Under the pieces are notes generated by a model, which did not search any database, had not been told where the DNA came from, and saw only the letters and a program-made list of their open reading frames with translations. Shown piece after piece: positions 19,909-30,447 of a DNA stretch of 64,000 nucleotides (position 1 is its first letter; each line of letters starts with the position of its first letter). The position numbers were made by a program, and so were the translations under genes. The DNA is from Candidatus Cloacimonadales bacterium (GTDB taxonomy: Bacteria; Cloacimonadota; Cloacimonadia; Cloacimonadales; DAONDQ01): the NCBI GenBank assembly GCA_963662275.1, contig OY759316.1, positions 288,001-352,000 on the forward strand, in the 5' to 3' direction.

Positions 19909-21957
19909 ATGCGTTATTTTTTAACTTTAGTCATGTTGTGTGTGTGCTCATTCAGCCAGGCTGAATATAGATTAACAAAAGCTGATGCATTATTGCAGGA
20001 TTCATATCTGAAGTATTTGAATTATAAATCGGCATGGGTTCCATCCAAACAAATTCATGTTTCTATGAATAGAGGTGAACCGGTTTTTCATGTATTCCTG
20101 AAAAGTGATCTTTCACGTCCTGAATTGTTGAATTTGGGAATACAAACCCAATCACAAGCCGGTGATATCTTTACAGCTCAGTTAACAGCTTTTCAACTGA
20201 CCAAAGCCTTGGATATTGATGGCATCAAATGTATAGAACCTGCCATGAAACTTGAAGAGCTGATGGATATCAGTACATCCAATATGACGGTTACGGGAAG
20301 TTCAGGACCAATCTATGTTGGGAATAATGCGGATTCTGTGCAGAATCTTGTAAACCCCTATAAAGGTGCTGGTGTGATCTGTGCTGTTATTGATGGCGGT
20401 ATCAATTTTCGTCATGTGGATTTCAAAAACAATGGACAAACACGTATTTTGAACATTTGGGACCAGGCTTCAGGAACTCTGCCACACCCGGTAGGATACA
20501 CATATGGACGTGAATATACATCCACTAATATCAATAATGATACGTGTTTTCAAACAGCCTCTTCTCATGGAAATAGCTGTATCAGTATCATGGCAGGCAA
20601 TGGAGCGGCATCACCAGTAGGACGCAATTTGGCAGCCATGGCTCCAGAAAGTGACATTATCTTTGTGAAAATGACAAGCAATCAAGCTTTATATACGACA
20701 TATCTTGAAGATGGTGTCGCCTACGTATTTAATAAAGCAACAGAATATGGAAAACCAGCCGTCGTGAGTATCAGTTTAGGTAATAATTCAGGTCCTCATG
20801 ACGGTTCATCATTAGCTGTTCAAGCGATCGATAATTTATGCGGACCTGGAAAGCAGGTTGTTTTTGCCTGTGGTAATTCAGGTTCGACTAAAATTCATGG
20901 ACAATATGTACTTTCACAAAGTTCCGATCATACGTTTCAAATATCAACTCCTAACCCTATAACTATTTATAACCCATCAATCGGAATCGATTTTTGGTAT
21001 GATGGTTCAGATAGTATAGATATCTACATCACCCCTCCCGGTGGAACTGAATTACCCGTTATTCTTCCTCAAACAGCTCGATCTGATACAACCGCTTACG
21101 GGATAATCACTGTACTTAACGATATAGACGATCCTTCCAATGGAGATAACCGCAGTATTGTTTATGTTGAACCAAATGGATCAGTACTCACACCGGGAAC
21201 ATGGTCGATTCGGATGAATGGATATCATATTCAAAACGGACGGGTTGATGGTTGGAGTTATAGTAATGTTGGATCCTTTACTGTAGCCTCTGGTGGAAAT
21301 GATACTTATTCTCTCAGCAACATTGCTGCAGGATATAATACGATAGCCGCAGCAGGTTTTTATGGAGGTTCTCAATATTCTACAGGAGGTATCTATCCCG
21401 GGAGTAAGGGTCCTACGCGTGATGGCAGGATGAAGCCTGATATTGCAGGGAATCAATATGTAACAGTGCCGAATTATACTGGCACGAATACCTATCAGAA
21501 TCTTGCTTCAGGTACTTCATGGAGTGCGCCTCATGTGGGAGGAGCTATTGCCCTGCTTCTTCAGAAGATGCCAGTTGCTACCCCTGCTCTTATCCTGGAT
21601 ATTCTACACAACTCTGCCACATGGGATCAATATACGCAGGCAGAAGGCGCCAGACCGAATTACAGAGTTGGTTACGGAAAACTGAATGTGGCAAGAGCAT
21701 TTAGGGAAACACAACCGGTGACTAATCTTTCATTGGTAATAGTGGGTAATGATATTCAATTGCATTGGACAGCAGTACCTGGAGCATCCAGTTATAATAT
21801 CTATCGTTCCACAGATTCAACATCAGGCTGGCAAATGATTGCTTCCTTGCAAATCGGTCTTGAATATGTTGATACAGGCGCTGCAAGTATTAGTAATTAT
21901 TTCTACTACATAACCACAAATAAAGGTACAAGGTCAGAAATAGTACAAAAAAGATAG
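19909..21957 (+). CDS. Secreted S8 (subtilisin-family) serine protease with inserted beta domain and C-terminal FN3-like domain
   Basis: Signal peptide; Asp VIDGG, His SHGN, oxyanion ACGN, Ser SGTSWSAPHVGG; KPDI and GYGKLN motifs. Confidence 0.9.
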   Translation: MRYFLTLVMLCVCSFSQAEYRLTKADALLQDSYLKYLNYKSAWVPSKQIHVSMNRGEPVFHVFLKSDLSRPELLNLGIQTQSQAGDIFTAQLTAFQLTKALDIDGIKCIEPAMKLEELMDISTSNMTVTGSSGPIYVGNNADSVQNLVNPYKGAGVICAVIDGGINFRHVDFKNNGQTRILNIWDQASGTLPHPVGYTYGREYTSTNINNDTCFQTASSHGNSCISIMAGNGAASPVGRNLAAMAPESDIIFVKMTSNQALYTTYLEDGVAYVFNKATEYGKPAVVSISLGNNSGPHDGSSLAVQAIDNLCGPGKQVVFACGNSGSTKIHGQYVLSQSSDHTFQISTPNPITIYNPSIGIDFWYDGSDSIDIYITPPGGTELPVILPQTARSDTTAYGIITVLNDIDDPSNGDNRSIVYVEPNGSVLTPGTWSIRMNGYHIQNGRVDGWSYSNVGSFTVASGGNDTYSLSNIAAGYNTIAAAGFYGGSQYSTGGIYPGSKGPTRDGRMKPDIAGNQYVTVPNYTGTNTYQNLASGTSWSAPHVGGAIALLLQKMPVATPALILDILHNSATWDQYTQAEGARPNYRVGYGKLNVARAFRETQPVTNLSLVIVGNDIQLHWTAVPGASSYNIYRSTDSTSGWQMIASLQIGLEYVDTGAASISNYFYYITTNKGTRSEIVQKR

Positions 21958-22002
21958 CATTCAATCTATGATAAGGCAATTTTGTATATTCCAGTTAAAG
22001 AA

Positions 22003-22026
22003 AAGGGACGGCAGTTGCCGTCCCTT
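22003..22026. terminator. Bidirectional intrinsic terminator
   Basis: AAGGGACGGCA/TGCCGTCCCTT stem between convergent genes with A/T-rich flanks. Confidence 0.8.
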
Positions 22027-22050
22027 GTTTAATTAAGATGAAATCAATTC

Positions 22051-23802
22051 CTAGAATTTGAATGAAAAGGATAAACGCAGGTTTCGATAAAAATCGGAAT
22101 TTATGATATCTACATCAGATTGATCGAAATATCCAATTAAATCGATTTGCAGCTTATCACTAGGCTTAAATCCAAGCCCATAGTTATATGATGTATAAGA
22201 ATCACGAGAATATTGCTGAGTACTTACTGACGCAAATTCATTTGGTTGAACTGAGATTGAGTTTAATCCATCAGAATCTGTATTGATAGTCGTTTCTGGT
22301 TCAGACAGAGTAGGATTTTCGGAAGAATTATTAATATAAGTTGTTTGCGTAAAAACTGAACCAAAACGAAGTGCCCACTTTTGATTCGTTGTAAACCAAT
22401 ACTCCAAACCAACGGGAATTGATAAGATATTTGAAGTGATTTCATCCTTACTCTTTCCTTTTGTAAAAGAGTTGGTTACGGACTTGGACCAGATTATTGA
22501 GTTATGAGGATCATATGCTTCATCATATGATTCATCATTCTTTACATTGCTGAAATCACCTGATGATTTTGAACTATAATGCCAATAACTAAATCCTGTT
22601 CCAATGAAAGTAATATCATTCAAAGGATATTTAAAGTCCGAAAACAAAGAATAATTCAAATTCTTGGATGTACCATTTCTTTTCGTAGTATCTTCAAACT
22701 TCATTGTAGAAACAATTTGCGAATCAGCAAAAACAGGATGAGAACTGAACCATGAGCGCGAATCAAGACGATCATAATCGGAACTGCCAAACCCGATCAT
22801 TCCTCTGAAACCCAGATAACCTTCCTGAATACGTTCTTCCATTGGGACAAGTAAATAACGGACTCCAGCCCCAAGATACATCATTGAACTGTTTTGATTA
22901 TTTTTAGTATCGTGGTTTTCAGATGACTTTAGCAGCGGTACGAGAAGGTCGGTATATAACATCCTATCTTTTACGGTACTCTCGACATCAGTGATATCCA
23001 TTTTTGCTTCAAAACGATATTCTGTTTTGCCTGTAATGATGGAAACTGCCGGATTAAAATTCCAATTGTTCGTACAAGTATTATTTTTGAAATTACCGGA
23101 TAGTTCATCACTTGACACTAATGAATCAGGTACATTTTCATCTTCAAATAAACATGCGACCTCTTCCTGGTAGAGGAAAGTAGGTTTTCCAGCGTCCATA
23201 CTTGTGAAAAGCAGCATATCATTAGAAAGATTTGAATTCTCTGTACTTGCAAATTCATGACCTATTTTGAATCCTAATATCAGATTTTCAGAGAGTTCCA
23301 GAGAATGATTCAATATCATCTCATTGCCTTTTGGTGCAGAAAAACTATTTAGATGCTGGTAGATTTTATGACGCCTGTCATACAAAAAGTTGCCATTATT
23401 ATCTTGATAGCTCTGCCATGTATTGAATACTTCACCGGAAGTATGAGTGACGCTTCCAGATAAATCCGGATAAAAATCGTATGATAACGGATCACGGTTG
23501 TCATAATATTGAATACCTAGAGCAAATTTAAGTCTTTTCAGAAATGGATTTTCACCGGAAACACCAAACAGGAAATTGTTACTTCCACTTTCCTTGAATA
23601 TCTGATCCTGAGAGCTGAAATTACTCAAGTTTGTATACAAACGATAACCATTAACATAGTGCAATTCAATAGGGTCTTGGCTCAAATCCAGATTATCATA
23701 CAATGCCCCGTTAGTCGAAAGACTGCGGAATGATGATATCTCCTGTGATACTAAGGGGAAAAGTAAACTAAGAATGGCGATTAGTATGAAAATCCTCTTC
23801 AT
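22051..23802 (-). CDS. Putative outer-membrane beta-barrel protein
   Basis: Signal peptide, amphipathic strands (IPVGLEYWF, WALRFG, YNYGLGFKP), C-terminal LRLSFSFKF. Confidence 0.7.
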   Translation of the reverse strand: MKRIFILIAILSLLFPLVSQEISSFRSLSTNGALYDNLDLSQDPIELHYVNGYRLYTNLSNFSSQDQIFKESGSNNFLFGVSGENPFLKRLKFALGIQYYDNRDPLSYDFYPDLSGSVTHTSGEVFNTWQSYQDNNGNFLYDRRHKIYQHLNSFSAPKGNEMILNHSLELSENLILGFKIGHEFASTENSNLSNDMLLFTSMDAGKPTFLYQEEVACLFEDENVPDSLVSSDELSGNFKNNTCTNNWNFNPAVSIITGKTEYRFEAKMDITDVESTVKDRMLYTDLLVPLLKSSENHDTKNNQNSSMMYLGAGVRYLLVPMEERIQEGYLGFRGMIGFGSSDYDRLDSRSWFSSHPVFADSQIVSTMKFEDTTKRNGTSKNLNYSLFSDFKYPLNDITFIGTGFSYWHYSSKSSGDFSNVKNDESYDEAYDPHNSIIWSKSVTNSFTKGKSKDEITSNILSIPVGLEYWFTTNQKWALRFGSVFTQTTYINNSSENPTLSEPETTINTDSDGLNSISVQPNEFASVSTQQYSRDSYTSYNYGLGFKPSDKLQIDLIGYFDQSDVDIINSDFYRNLRLSFSFKF

Positions 23803-25295
23803 TTTGAACCTCCCAAATTAATACTGACTTTCTTTCCTGCAACCGTATAGTTGAGGAAGATATAATCTAGCCAGGCACAGTCTTCGTTCAACGAATTAAT
23901 GTCATCTTTGATATATTTCCATTCGAATGTTACTTGGGAATTAAGAGAGTTTTCAGAATCAGGGCTATTAAATGAATGCGAATAATCTGTCCATTCTGTC
24001 AGTCCTGACCATTGATTCACTAGCTCAGCATCAATCGTGAATTTCAGATAATCGTAGTTCGGTTCAGAGCTTGTCTTATAAGCGAAATTAATGGTCATCT
24101 GTGTGTTTTTAGGAACGGAAACAGTCTTGCTGACAGCAGTAAATTCACCATTAATAATATCCCCGGAACGAATGCAATGGTTCCAACTATATGCATCACC
24201 TGATTGTATGAACCAATGCTCACTTGGAAGGGTTGAGTTTGCCACCATGCCAATCGTACCATTTTCAAAATCCATTGGTGCAAACCCATCATAATTATGA
24301 ACTGGAATATTTGAGCTATTGGTATGAGCTGTTTCAATGGCTGGCGATACATCTGCATTGATTGCTGCAACAGCATAGGTATAAGTTTTATTGATTTCTA
24401 ACCCGATGGAATCAATATAAGATGTCGCATTAAAACGATTTACATCTGCGATGGCAAGATAAGAAGAGATCGGTTCTGTATTAAGTTTCCGGTAAATCCT
24501 GAAACCAGTTTCACTGTTACAATTATCAGACCATATGAGTTTTACTTTTAATCCCGGATAGACTTGTGTGAGACTGTTTATTACTGGGACATTCAAGCTG
24601 TACATGTAATTAATACTATACTGTGATAATGATCTCACTACAGAGTTTTCGTATGCACCATCCTTATAAATGATATAACCATGTCCGCTTGATGCTGATT
24701 CATCAGTTATGGAATATTCGTAACCGACAGTATGATTTTCAAGTACCGTGCCAACGAGTGTCGTATCACTACTTGAAACTCGCTGGATGACAAAATTACC
24801 TGGCAGGTCTGAGTTATCTGTCCAGAGCAATTTGATATTGCCAGTAGCTGGAATGGAATAATGTACAAAAGTAGGAGCTCTCAGGCTGGGTGTTTTAACT
24901 GTCAGAGTATCATACCGGCTTCTTCCTGTTCTAACCATAGTAGCGACGGTATATGTATAAACATGGTTTGCCTCGACAGAATCATCAATATAACTGATAC
25001 TATCACGTACATTGAAAGTCTTGATCAGATTTCCATTACGCAAGATTCGGTAACCCAGGAAATCTGCATCCGTATTATTCACCCAGTGTAAGTTTACCAG
25101 GTCGGATCGAATATTACCGTTGTTGTAACCGATACGACAGGTCACACCATCAGTCATCAGACCACGATTAATAAGGGGTATCCTATCTCCATTTGCAGGA
25201 GTATAAGTTTCCATTTTTAACGGGTTTTGTTCACATGCTGTTAACAGAAATGCTAATGTAATAGATAACAACAGAAGATACACTAGGGTTTTCAT
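23799..25295 (-). CDS. Lipoprotein with FN3 repeats and C-terminal beta-sandwich
   Basis: Start ATG 25295 (RBS AGGAGG); lipobox LTAC; FN3 motifs (LHW..., LIWSD..SETGFRIYRK...YTYAVAA). Confidence 0.8.
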   Translation of the reverse strand: MKTLVYLLLLSITLAFLLTACEQNPLKMETYTPANGDRIPLINRGLMTDGVTCRIGYNNGNIRSDLVNLHWVNNTDADFLGYRILRNGNLIKTFNVRDSISYIDDSVEANHVYTYTVATMVRTGRSRYDTLTVKTPSLRAPTFVHYSIPATGNIKLLWTDNSDLPGNFVIQRVSSSDTTLVGTVLENHTVGYEYSITDESASSGHGYIIYKDGAYENSVVRSLSQYSINYMYSLNVPVINSLTQVYPGLKVKLIWSDNCNSETGFRIYRKLNTEPISSYLAIADVNRFNATSYIDSIGLEINKTYTYAVAAINADVSPAIETAHTNSSNIPVHNYDGFAPMDFENGTIGMVANSTLPSEHWFIQSGDAYSWNHCIRSGDIINGEFTAVSKTVSVPKNTQMTINFAYKTSSEPNYDYLKFTIDAELVNQWSGLTEWTDYSHSFNSPDSENSLNSQVTFEWKYIKDDINSLNEDCAWLDYIFLNYTVAGKKVSINLGGSK

Positions 25296-25619
25296 ATCTA
25301 ACCTCCTTGATTTTTTTCGATATTTTGCAACAAATGTATTATAAAATGACATACCTAATCGTATAATCATTCATTTATTAGTAAAAAGGGCTTATTTTAG
25401 TATTTGTACTTAAAGCTTTCATCTTTTTTATTATGTTTTTTATTTACTAATGTAGAGAGTAAAAAAATAGTCAAGAAATATATTATGTTTCGCAAAATGA
25501 GATAAGCAGGAGATTGTTAAAATAGCATAACAAGCTACCTTGTTCACTGATATATCAGAATAAGGTTTTTACTGGAAATATGCTGAGAACCTTCAAATGA
25601 AGAAGAGTATGAAATAATA

Positions 25620-26963
25620 TTAGTGAATATTAAGCTCCTTCAGCTTTCTGGAAAGATTGCTTTGTTGCAGATTAAGAACCTCAGCGGTTTTAGAAATACT
25701 ATTACCATGCAATCTGAGTTGTGTTCTCAGATAACGAATCTCAAACTCTCTCTTCTTATCTGTAAAATCCTGAGTATCTAACCAGAAACCTTCTTCTTCT
25801 CTTCCTGATCTTTGTTCCAAGAGAGAAAGATCATCATTATCTATGATATCACTTTCGCATAAAATATATATTCGTTCTATCAGGTTTCTCAATTCCCTTA
25901 CATTGCCTGAAAATTGACGAACTTGTACTTCATTCAGAAATGCTTGTGTAAATTCTTTCGGTTTAACTTTCATATCAATGGCATAAAGATTAGAAAAATA
26001 ATGAATCAGAATAGGAATATCATCTGCATGTTCACGAAGTGCCGGGCTATAGATGGGAACAACATTCAAACGATAGTATAGATCTTCTCTGAATTCACCG
26101 TTTTTTACCATTTGTTCCAAATCTTTATGTGTTGCAGCAATAATGCGGGCATCTATTTTTTGTGTGATGGTACTACCAACTCTCTCAAATTCACCCTGTT
26201 GAATTACCCTAAGTATCTTTGCCTGTGCCTGTAGATCCATATCACCAATTTCGTCGAGGAAAAGGGTGCCACCATCAGCCATTTCAATCTTGCCTTTTTT
26301 GGATTGAATAGCACCGGTAAAAGCACCTCTTTCATGACCGAATAACTCGCTTTCAACTAATTCACGGGGAATCGCTGCTGAATTGAACTTAACGAATTGT
26401 TGAGCTGCACGATTACTTTGATGATGAATTGCCCAGGCGATGAGTTCCTTTCCCGTACCGCTTTCACCGCGGATGAGTACTTTTGCCTGGCTCTGGGCTA
26501 CCTTATCGATGACCTGGTTCAGTTCCCGAATCGTTTTACTTTCTCCAATGATGCGATACTGGGCTGAAAAAGTTTCTTTCATTTCCCGATAACTTTCTGT
26601 CATTTGACGATAGGATAAAGCCTTCTGAACAATGAGTTTGACTTTAGGCAGGGAAAGAGGTTTCTCCAGAAAATCATAGGCTCCGAGCTTGATGGCTTTT
26701 ACAGCGTCACTGATATTGCTATTTCCGGATATCATAATAACCGGTAATGATTTATCGAATTTCATAATCGCACTTAATACAGCTATACCATCGAGATGTT
26801 CCATTTTTACATCCAGCATGATAAGATCAGGTTGAAAAGTATCATACTGTTTCAAACCATCTGTTCCTGAGGTAGCAAATTGAACCGTATATCCTTCATC
26901 TTCCAGGATACCTTTCAAAGTCAAACATATGTTCTTTTCATCATCAATGATCAGTATTTTCAA
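25620..26963 (-). CDS. Sigma54-dependent response regulator, NtrX-like
   Basis: REC domain, GESGTGKE, intact GAFTGA, FREDLYYRLNV, HTH; downstream of an NtrY-like kinase. Confidence 0.9.
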   Translation of the reverse strand: MKILIIDDEKNICLTLKGILEDEGYTVQFATSGTDGLKQYDTFQPDLIMLDVKMEHLDGIAVLSAIMKFDKSLPVIMISGNSNISDAVKAIKLGAYDFLEKPLSLPKVKLIVQKALSYRQMTESYREMKETFSAQYRIIGESKTIRELNQVIDKVAQSQAKVLIRGESGTGKELIAWAIHHQSNRAAQQFVKFNSAAIPRELVESELFGHERGAFTGAIQSKKGKIEMADGGTLFLDEIGDMDLQAQAKILRVIQQGEFERVGSTITQKIDARIIAATHKDLEQMVKNGEFREDLYYRLNVVPIYSPALREHADDIPILIHYFSNLYAIDMKVKPKEFTQAFLNEVQVRQFSGNVRELRNLIERIYILCESDIIDNDDLSLLEQRSGREEEGFWLDTQDFTDKKREFEIRYLRTQLRLHGNSISKTAEVLNLQQSNLSRKLKELNIH

Positions 26964-28113
26964 CTGCCACCTCCATTAAGATTTCAAACTTGCTTCCTTC
27001 GCCAATTTTGCTTTTCACTCTCACAAAACTATGGTTTGCATCCAGTAAACGTTTAACAAGTGCCAGCCCTAAGCCAGTACCTCGACTTTTTTTACTAAAG
27101 TAGGGTTCAAAGATGCGGGGAAGATCATCTGCATCAATACCAGAGCCATGGTCTTTAATAGTTAGAACGATGAATCCGTGATTCAATTCAAGAGAAATCT
27201 CAATTGGTGAATCCTTGGTTGATACATCCAGGGCATTTTGAAGAATATTCGTAACAATCTGGTAAAAATGCATTTTATCAAAGGAGATATGATATCCTTC
27301 CTTGATATCAGTAACAAATTGATAATTAGAACGATATGATCCGATAATCTCCGAAACTACTTCAGCAGGATCAAACAATTCGCTCTGGGGTTGATTAATC
27401 TTGGCAAAATGCGAGAACTCCTGGGAGAGAAGACGTAAATTCTCAATTTCCTGGTTCATGATATGGATGGATTCAGGGAATATAGCAGCAAATTTCTTAG
27501 GATCAGAAGAATACATTTCTTCCAATCTTTGAATCGTGAGTTGAATTGGTGTAAGAGGGTTCTTGATTTCATGCGCAAGAATGCGGGATAAGTCTTTCCA
27601 AATCATTTCTTTTTCAGCAACAAGTAGTTTTTTCTGAACCATATAGAGTTCGTGGGACATATCATTGAAAGAACGTTTCAATTCCTTCATTTCTGTAATT
27701 CCATTTTCCTTTAGATGAACTGAAAAATCACCACGCTTGATTCGTTCTGTTGCCTGCCTCATTTCTAACAGAGGACGACTGATCATATTGATGATAAATA
27801 TAACAATAAATGCGGAAAGCAACAAGATAAGTAATAGATAAACTGAAGAATATACTTTGGCTTCCTGGTTCGCTATTTTTACCAGAATTCTTGTTTCACC
27901 ATATTGTTTCATTACGTTTTTAGCTATCACACTATCAGCACTTGTTTTAAAATGAAGTTGCCCAAACGATTGGTCAAAACGATTTTTCTCAAAAGCGGTG
28001 GATATCTCCTGTTGTTTTTGCAGGAAAAAACGATAAACGATTCCCATGCTGGTCGTAATAAGTACTAAAAACAATAGGATCATGATTGATCGCAAACCAA
28101 TTCTAATTTTCAT
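26944..28113 (-). CDS. Membrane sensor histidine kinase, NtrY-like (2 TM, HAMP)
   Basis: WKDLSRILAHEIKNPLTPIQL, HAMP, DHGSG, GTGLG. Confidence 0.9.
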   Translation of the reverse strand: MKIRIGLRSIMILLFLVLITTSMGIVYRFFLQKQQEISTAFEKNRFDQSFGQLHFKTSADSVIAKNVMKQYGETRILVKIANQEAKVYSSVYLLLILLLSAFIVIFIINMISRPLLEMRQATERIKRGDFSVHLKENGITEMKELKRSFNDMSHELYMVQKKLLVAEKEMIWKDLSRILAHEIKNPLTPIQLTIQRLEEMYSSDPKKFAAIFPESIHIMNQEIENLRLLSQEFSHFAKINQPQSELFDPAEVVSEIIGSYRSNYQFVTDIKEGYHISFDKMHFYQIVTNILQNALDVSTKDSPIEISLELNHGFIVLTIKDHGSGIDADDLPRIFEPYFSKKSRGTGLGLALVKRLLDANHSFVRVKSKIGEGSKFEILMEVAVENTDH

Positions 28114-28654
28114 AGGCTTTCAAATCCAGGCTTGATTTACATACAGGTTTTTTCATTTTCCACAATACCATCAGATCAATTTCCTTATTCATACTTTCGA
28201 TATGCATCTTTTTAAGGTATGAATCCAAGTGAATATCGATTTTTGTCCATTCCGGCTTTGCCGGTAAAGAATATTCCACATTCTCCATCAATTGCTTCAT
28301 TTCAGCATAGCTTTTTACCGATCTTGCCTGGTGCTGCTCCTGTAAATATATTCGGTAGATTGACGATAACGGATCATATTGAACGGAATGTCTAAATACT
28401 TGCTTATGCAGCATATTCTTGTTTTGTTTGACTTCCAGATTGAACCAGACATCAACTTGTTTACCTGATTGGAAGATTTCCTGGAAGTCGTTATCAAAAG
28501 AGTTTTCCAAATGTGTTTGAAGAATCAGGTAACTTCCGCTATTTTTGATATGTAATGCACTAAAATCAGCATCATTTCCTTTAAATGAGGAAAAGAGAAA
28601 TACGGAAATTGTGACTAGATTCGCTAAGAGTTTCTGTCCGAGCAAACCCCCCAT
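28103..28654 (-). CDS. DUF4390-like exported protein
   Basis: N-terminal hydrophobic segment, VQYDPL...Y motif, and position directly upstream of an NtrY/NtrX-like pair. Confidence 0.65.
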   Translation of the reverse strand: MGGLLGQKLLANLVTISVFLFSSFKGNDADFSALHIKNSGSYLILQTHLENSFDNDFQEIFQSGKQVDVWFNLEVKQNKNMLHKQVFRHSVQYDPLSSIYRIYLQEQHQARSVKSYAEMKQLMENVEYSLPAKPEWTKIDIHLDSYLKKMHIESMNKEIDLMVLWKMKKPVCKSSLDLKAYEN

Positions 28655-28697
28655 ATATAAACTCCTTTATATCCATCTTCCATGTATGTATAAACGC

Positions 28698-28725
28698 ATG
28701 TTAGCTTATTATCTACTATTGTCAA
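28698..28725 (-). promoter_or_regulatory. Putative sigma70 promoter for the DUF4390-kinase-regulator operon
   Basis: Minus strand TTGACA-16 nt-TAACAT, about 45 bp upstream of the start. Confidence 0.5.
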
Positions 28726-28753
28726 TCTTTATAGTGTTTGTTTTGGATGAAGC

Positions 28754-28783
28754 AAAGGGAGAGTATTATATGATACTCTCCCT
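28754..28783 (-). terminator. Intrinsic terminator after the PDZ gene
   Basis: AGGGAGAGTAT/ATACTCTCCCT stem followed by TT on the minus strand. Confidence 0.7.
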
Positions 28784-28826
28784 GTAATGCCAGGTAGAAT
28801 CGGAGGATTCTATTTAGATGAGGCGT

Positions 28827-30059
28827 TTAAAATCCAAACCACGGACCGATAGAAAACGTTAAGTTATCGAAGGATGTATTTGGAGAATTTTTTACTTGGG
28901 CATCATGATTATTTGTAACTATCCACCCATCTTGACTTGAGTAGCCCATCATATATCCTACTTCACCTCGGATGGCAAGCCAGGATAGTAAATTATAGAT
29001 TAATTCCGTTTTGGGTTGAAAAACGATATAGCCACGTTTCATATTTACTTCATTCTTAACCAGGTTTACGCTCGAAATATCATCCCAGTGATAACCACCG
29101 GTAGGACTAACAGATCGTTCCTCTGTTATTACTAAAGACTGTTCTCCACCACCCAGTAAAAATCCGATAGAACCTGTGATATGCTTGGCAATATGGAAAC
29201 GTTTATCAAGAGTAACACCACCAAAACTGACAGCATATCTCATTTTATGGGTCGAGTCATCGACATCGAGGTAATTTCTTTTTAACTGATAACCTGCCCC
29301 CATTCCCCCAATGAAAAACCCTTTTCCTACATTTCCTTTTCCAGCACCACCATTCAGGAATAAACCCTTGTTTGATATTTCTTTGAAATCAGAACCCATA
29401 TTGTTTTTAACATGTTTTAGCGCATAATTCACATCATCTGTATTCAACATGAACCATACTGGTGTCCATGAACCACCACCATAGCCAACAGAATGAGATT
29501 TCTTTTTAGTCGTAATAGAAATTGTACCAGGTACATTTTCCACAGGTTTTGACTTCGAGCCAAGAACAAAAGGAATGACTAACTGCTCTTTATTACGAAA
29601 GATTGTAAAATGAGCCGTATCACCAGGTGCATAGGATTGTAAGATCTTGAGGAGTTGATCTTTATTAGCAATATTATTGGCATCGATTTTCATCAGGATA
29701 TCATCAACCATAAGTTTGTATTTCTGAGCAGGAGAACCTTGACTAATTCCTGTTATAAGTATTCCGAACAATTCGCGATATCCTTTCTGGTATGCCTGAT
29801 CAAGTGTCATATCATCTGTGAATATACCAATGAATGCACCGCCATCTTCTTCATCAGAATCATTGGTCATAGTGATTTGAATATTCTTCTTCACTTTTGG
29901 ATCCATATTACCAGCATTGTCCATGATTAATTTTACATTATCTTCAGTCAAACCTGTCGAATTCTTCTCGAAGATGATTTTTTTCTCTACTTTTTCCTGT
30001 GCATAAGCAACATAAAAGCAGATCGATACTAGCATAAGAATCAATAAAAGTCGTTTCAT
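28827..30059 (-). CDS. Exported PDZ-domain protein with C-terminal barrel-like domain
   Basis: Signal peptide from ATG 30059 (RBS GGAGG); PDZ (AFIGI...GILIT...GSPAQKYKL..DDIL); Gly/aromatic strands ending IGPWFGF. Confidence 0.8.
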   Translation of the reverse strand: MKRLLLILMLVSICFYVAYAQEKVEKKIIFEKNSTGLTEDNVKLIMDNAGNMDPKVKKNIQITMTNDSDEEDGGAFIGIFTDDMTLDQAYQKGYRELFGILITGISQGSPAQKYKLMVDDILMKIDANNIANKDQLLKILQSYAPGDTAHFTIFRNKEQLVIPFVLGSKSKPVENVPGTISITTKKKSHSVGYGGGSWTPVWFMLNTDDVNYALKHVKNNMGSDFKEISNKGLFLNGGAGKGNVGKGFFIGGMGAGYQLKRNYLDVDDSTHKMRYAVSFGGVTLDKRFHIAKHITGSIGFLLGGGEQSLVITEERSVSPTGGYHWDDISSVNLVKNEVNMKRGYIVFQPKTELIYNLLSWLAIRGEVGYMMGYSSQDGWIVTNNHDAQVKNSPNTSFDNLTFSIGPWFGF

Positions 30060-30104
30060 AATTAACCTCCAGTTTAATATCATGTTTCTCATTTACAATT
30101 GATA

Positions 30105-30123
30105 ACGCAAAGGATGAGCCAAA
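30105..30123 (-). promoter_or_regulatory. Sigma54 (-24/-12) promoter
   Basis: Minus strand TTTGGCTCATCCTTTGCGT with exact GG-N10-GC spacing, about 45 bp upstream of the PDZ gene. Confidence 0.65.
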
Positions 30124-30342
30124 GCAGTATAAATTTATATTCTTATGCATAACAATACTTTATGGATTTAATACAGGAAGTGTAAAGAGAGGAATTATAT
30201 CATATTGATATATATGATATATCATTCTGAGATCGCCCTCTTTAATCCCGGCACTTGAAATCGGATAGCTAATAATTTTCGGTAAAGTAACGCATACTCA
30301 ATGTTGCTGGATTTTTATAAGCCGTTTCCTAAAGTATACAAT

Positions 30343-30370
30343 AAAAAAAGCAGGTCATTCGACCTGCTTT
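30343..30370 (-). terminator. Intrinsic terminator after rpoD
   Basis: AAAGCAGGTC/GACCTGCTTT stem ending in a T7 run on the minus strand. Confidence 0.85.
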
Positions 30371-30447
30371 ATTAATAATAGATTATTATTTGTAGAATCG
30401 GAATCTTACTCTACTCACATACCCGTTAAAGTGGTTGCTACAAAAAA

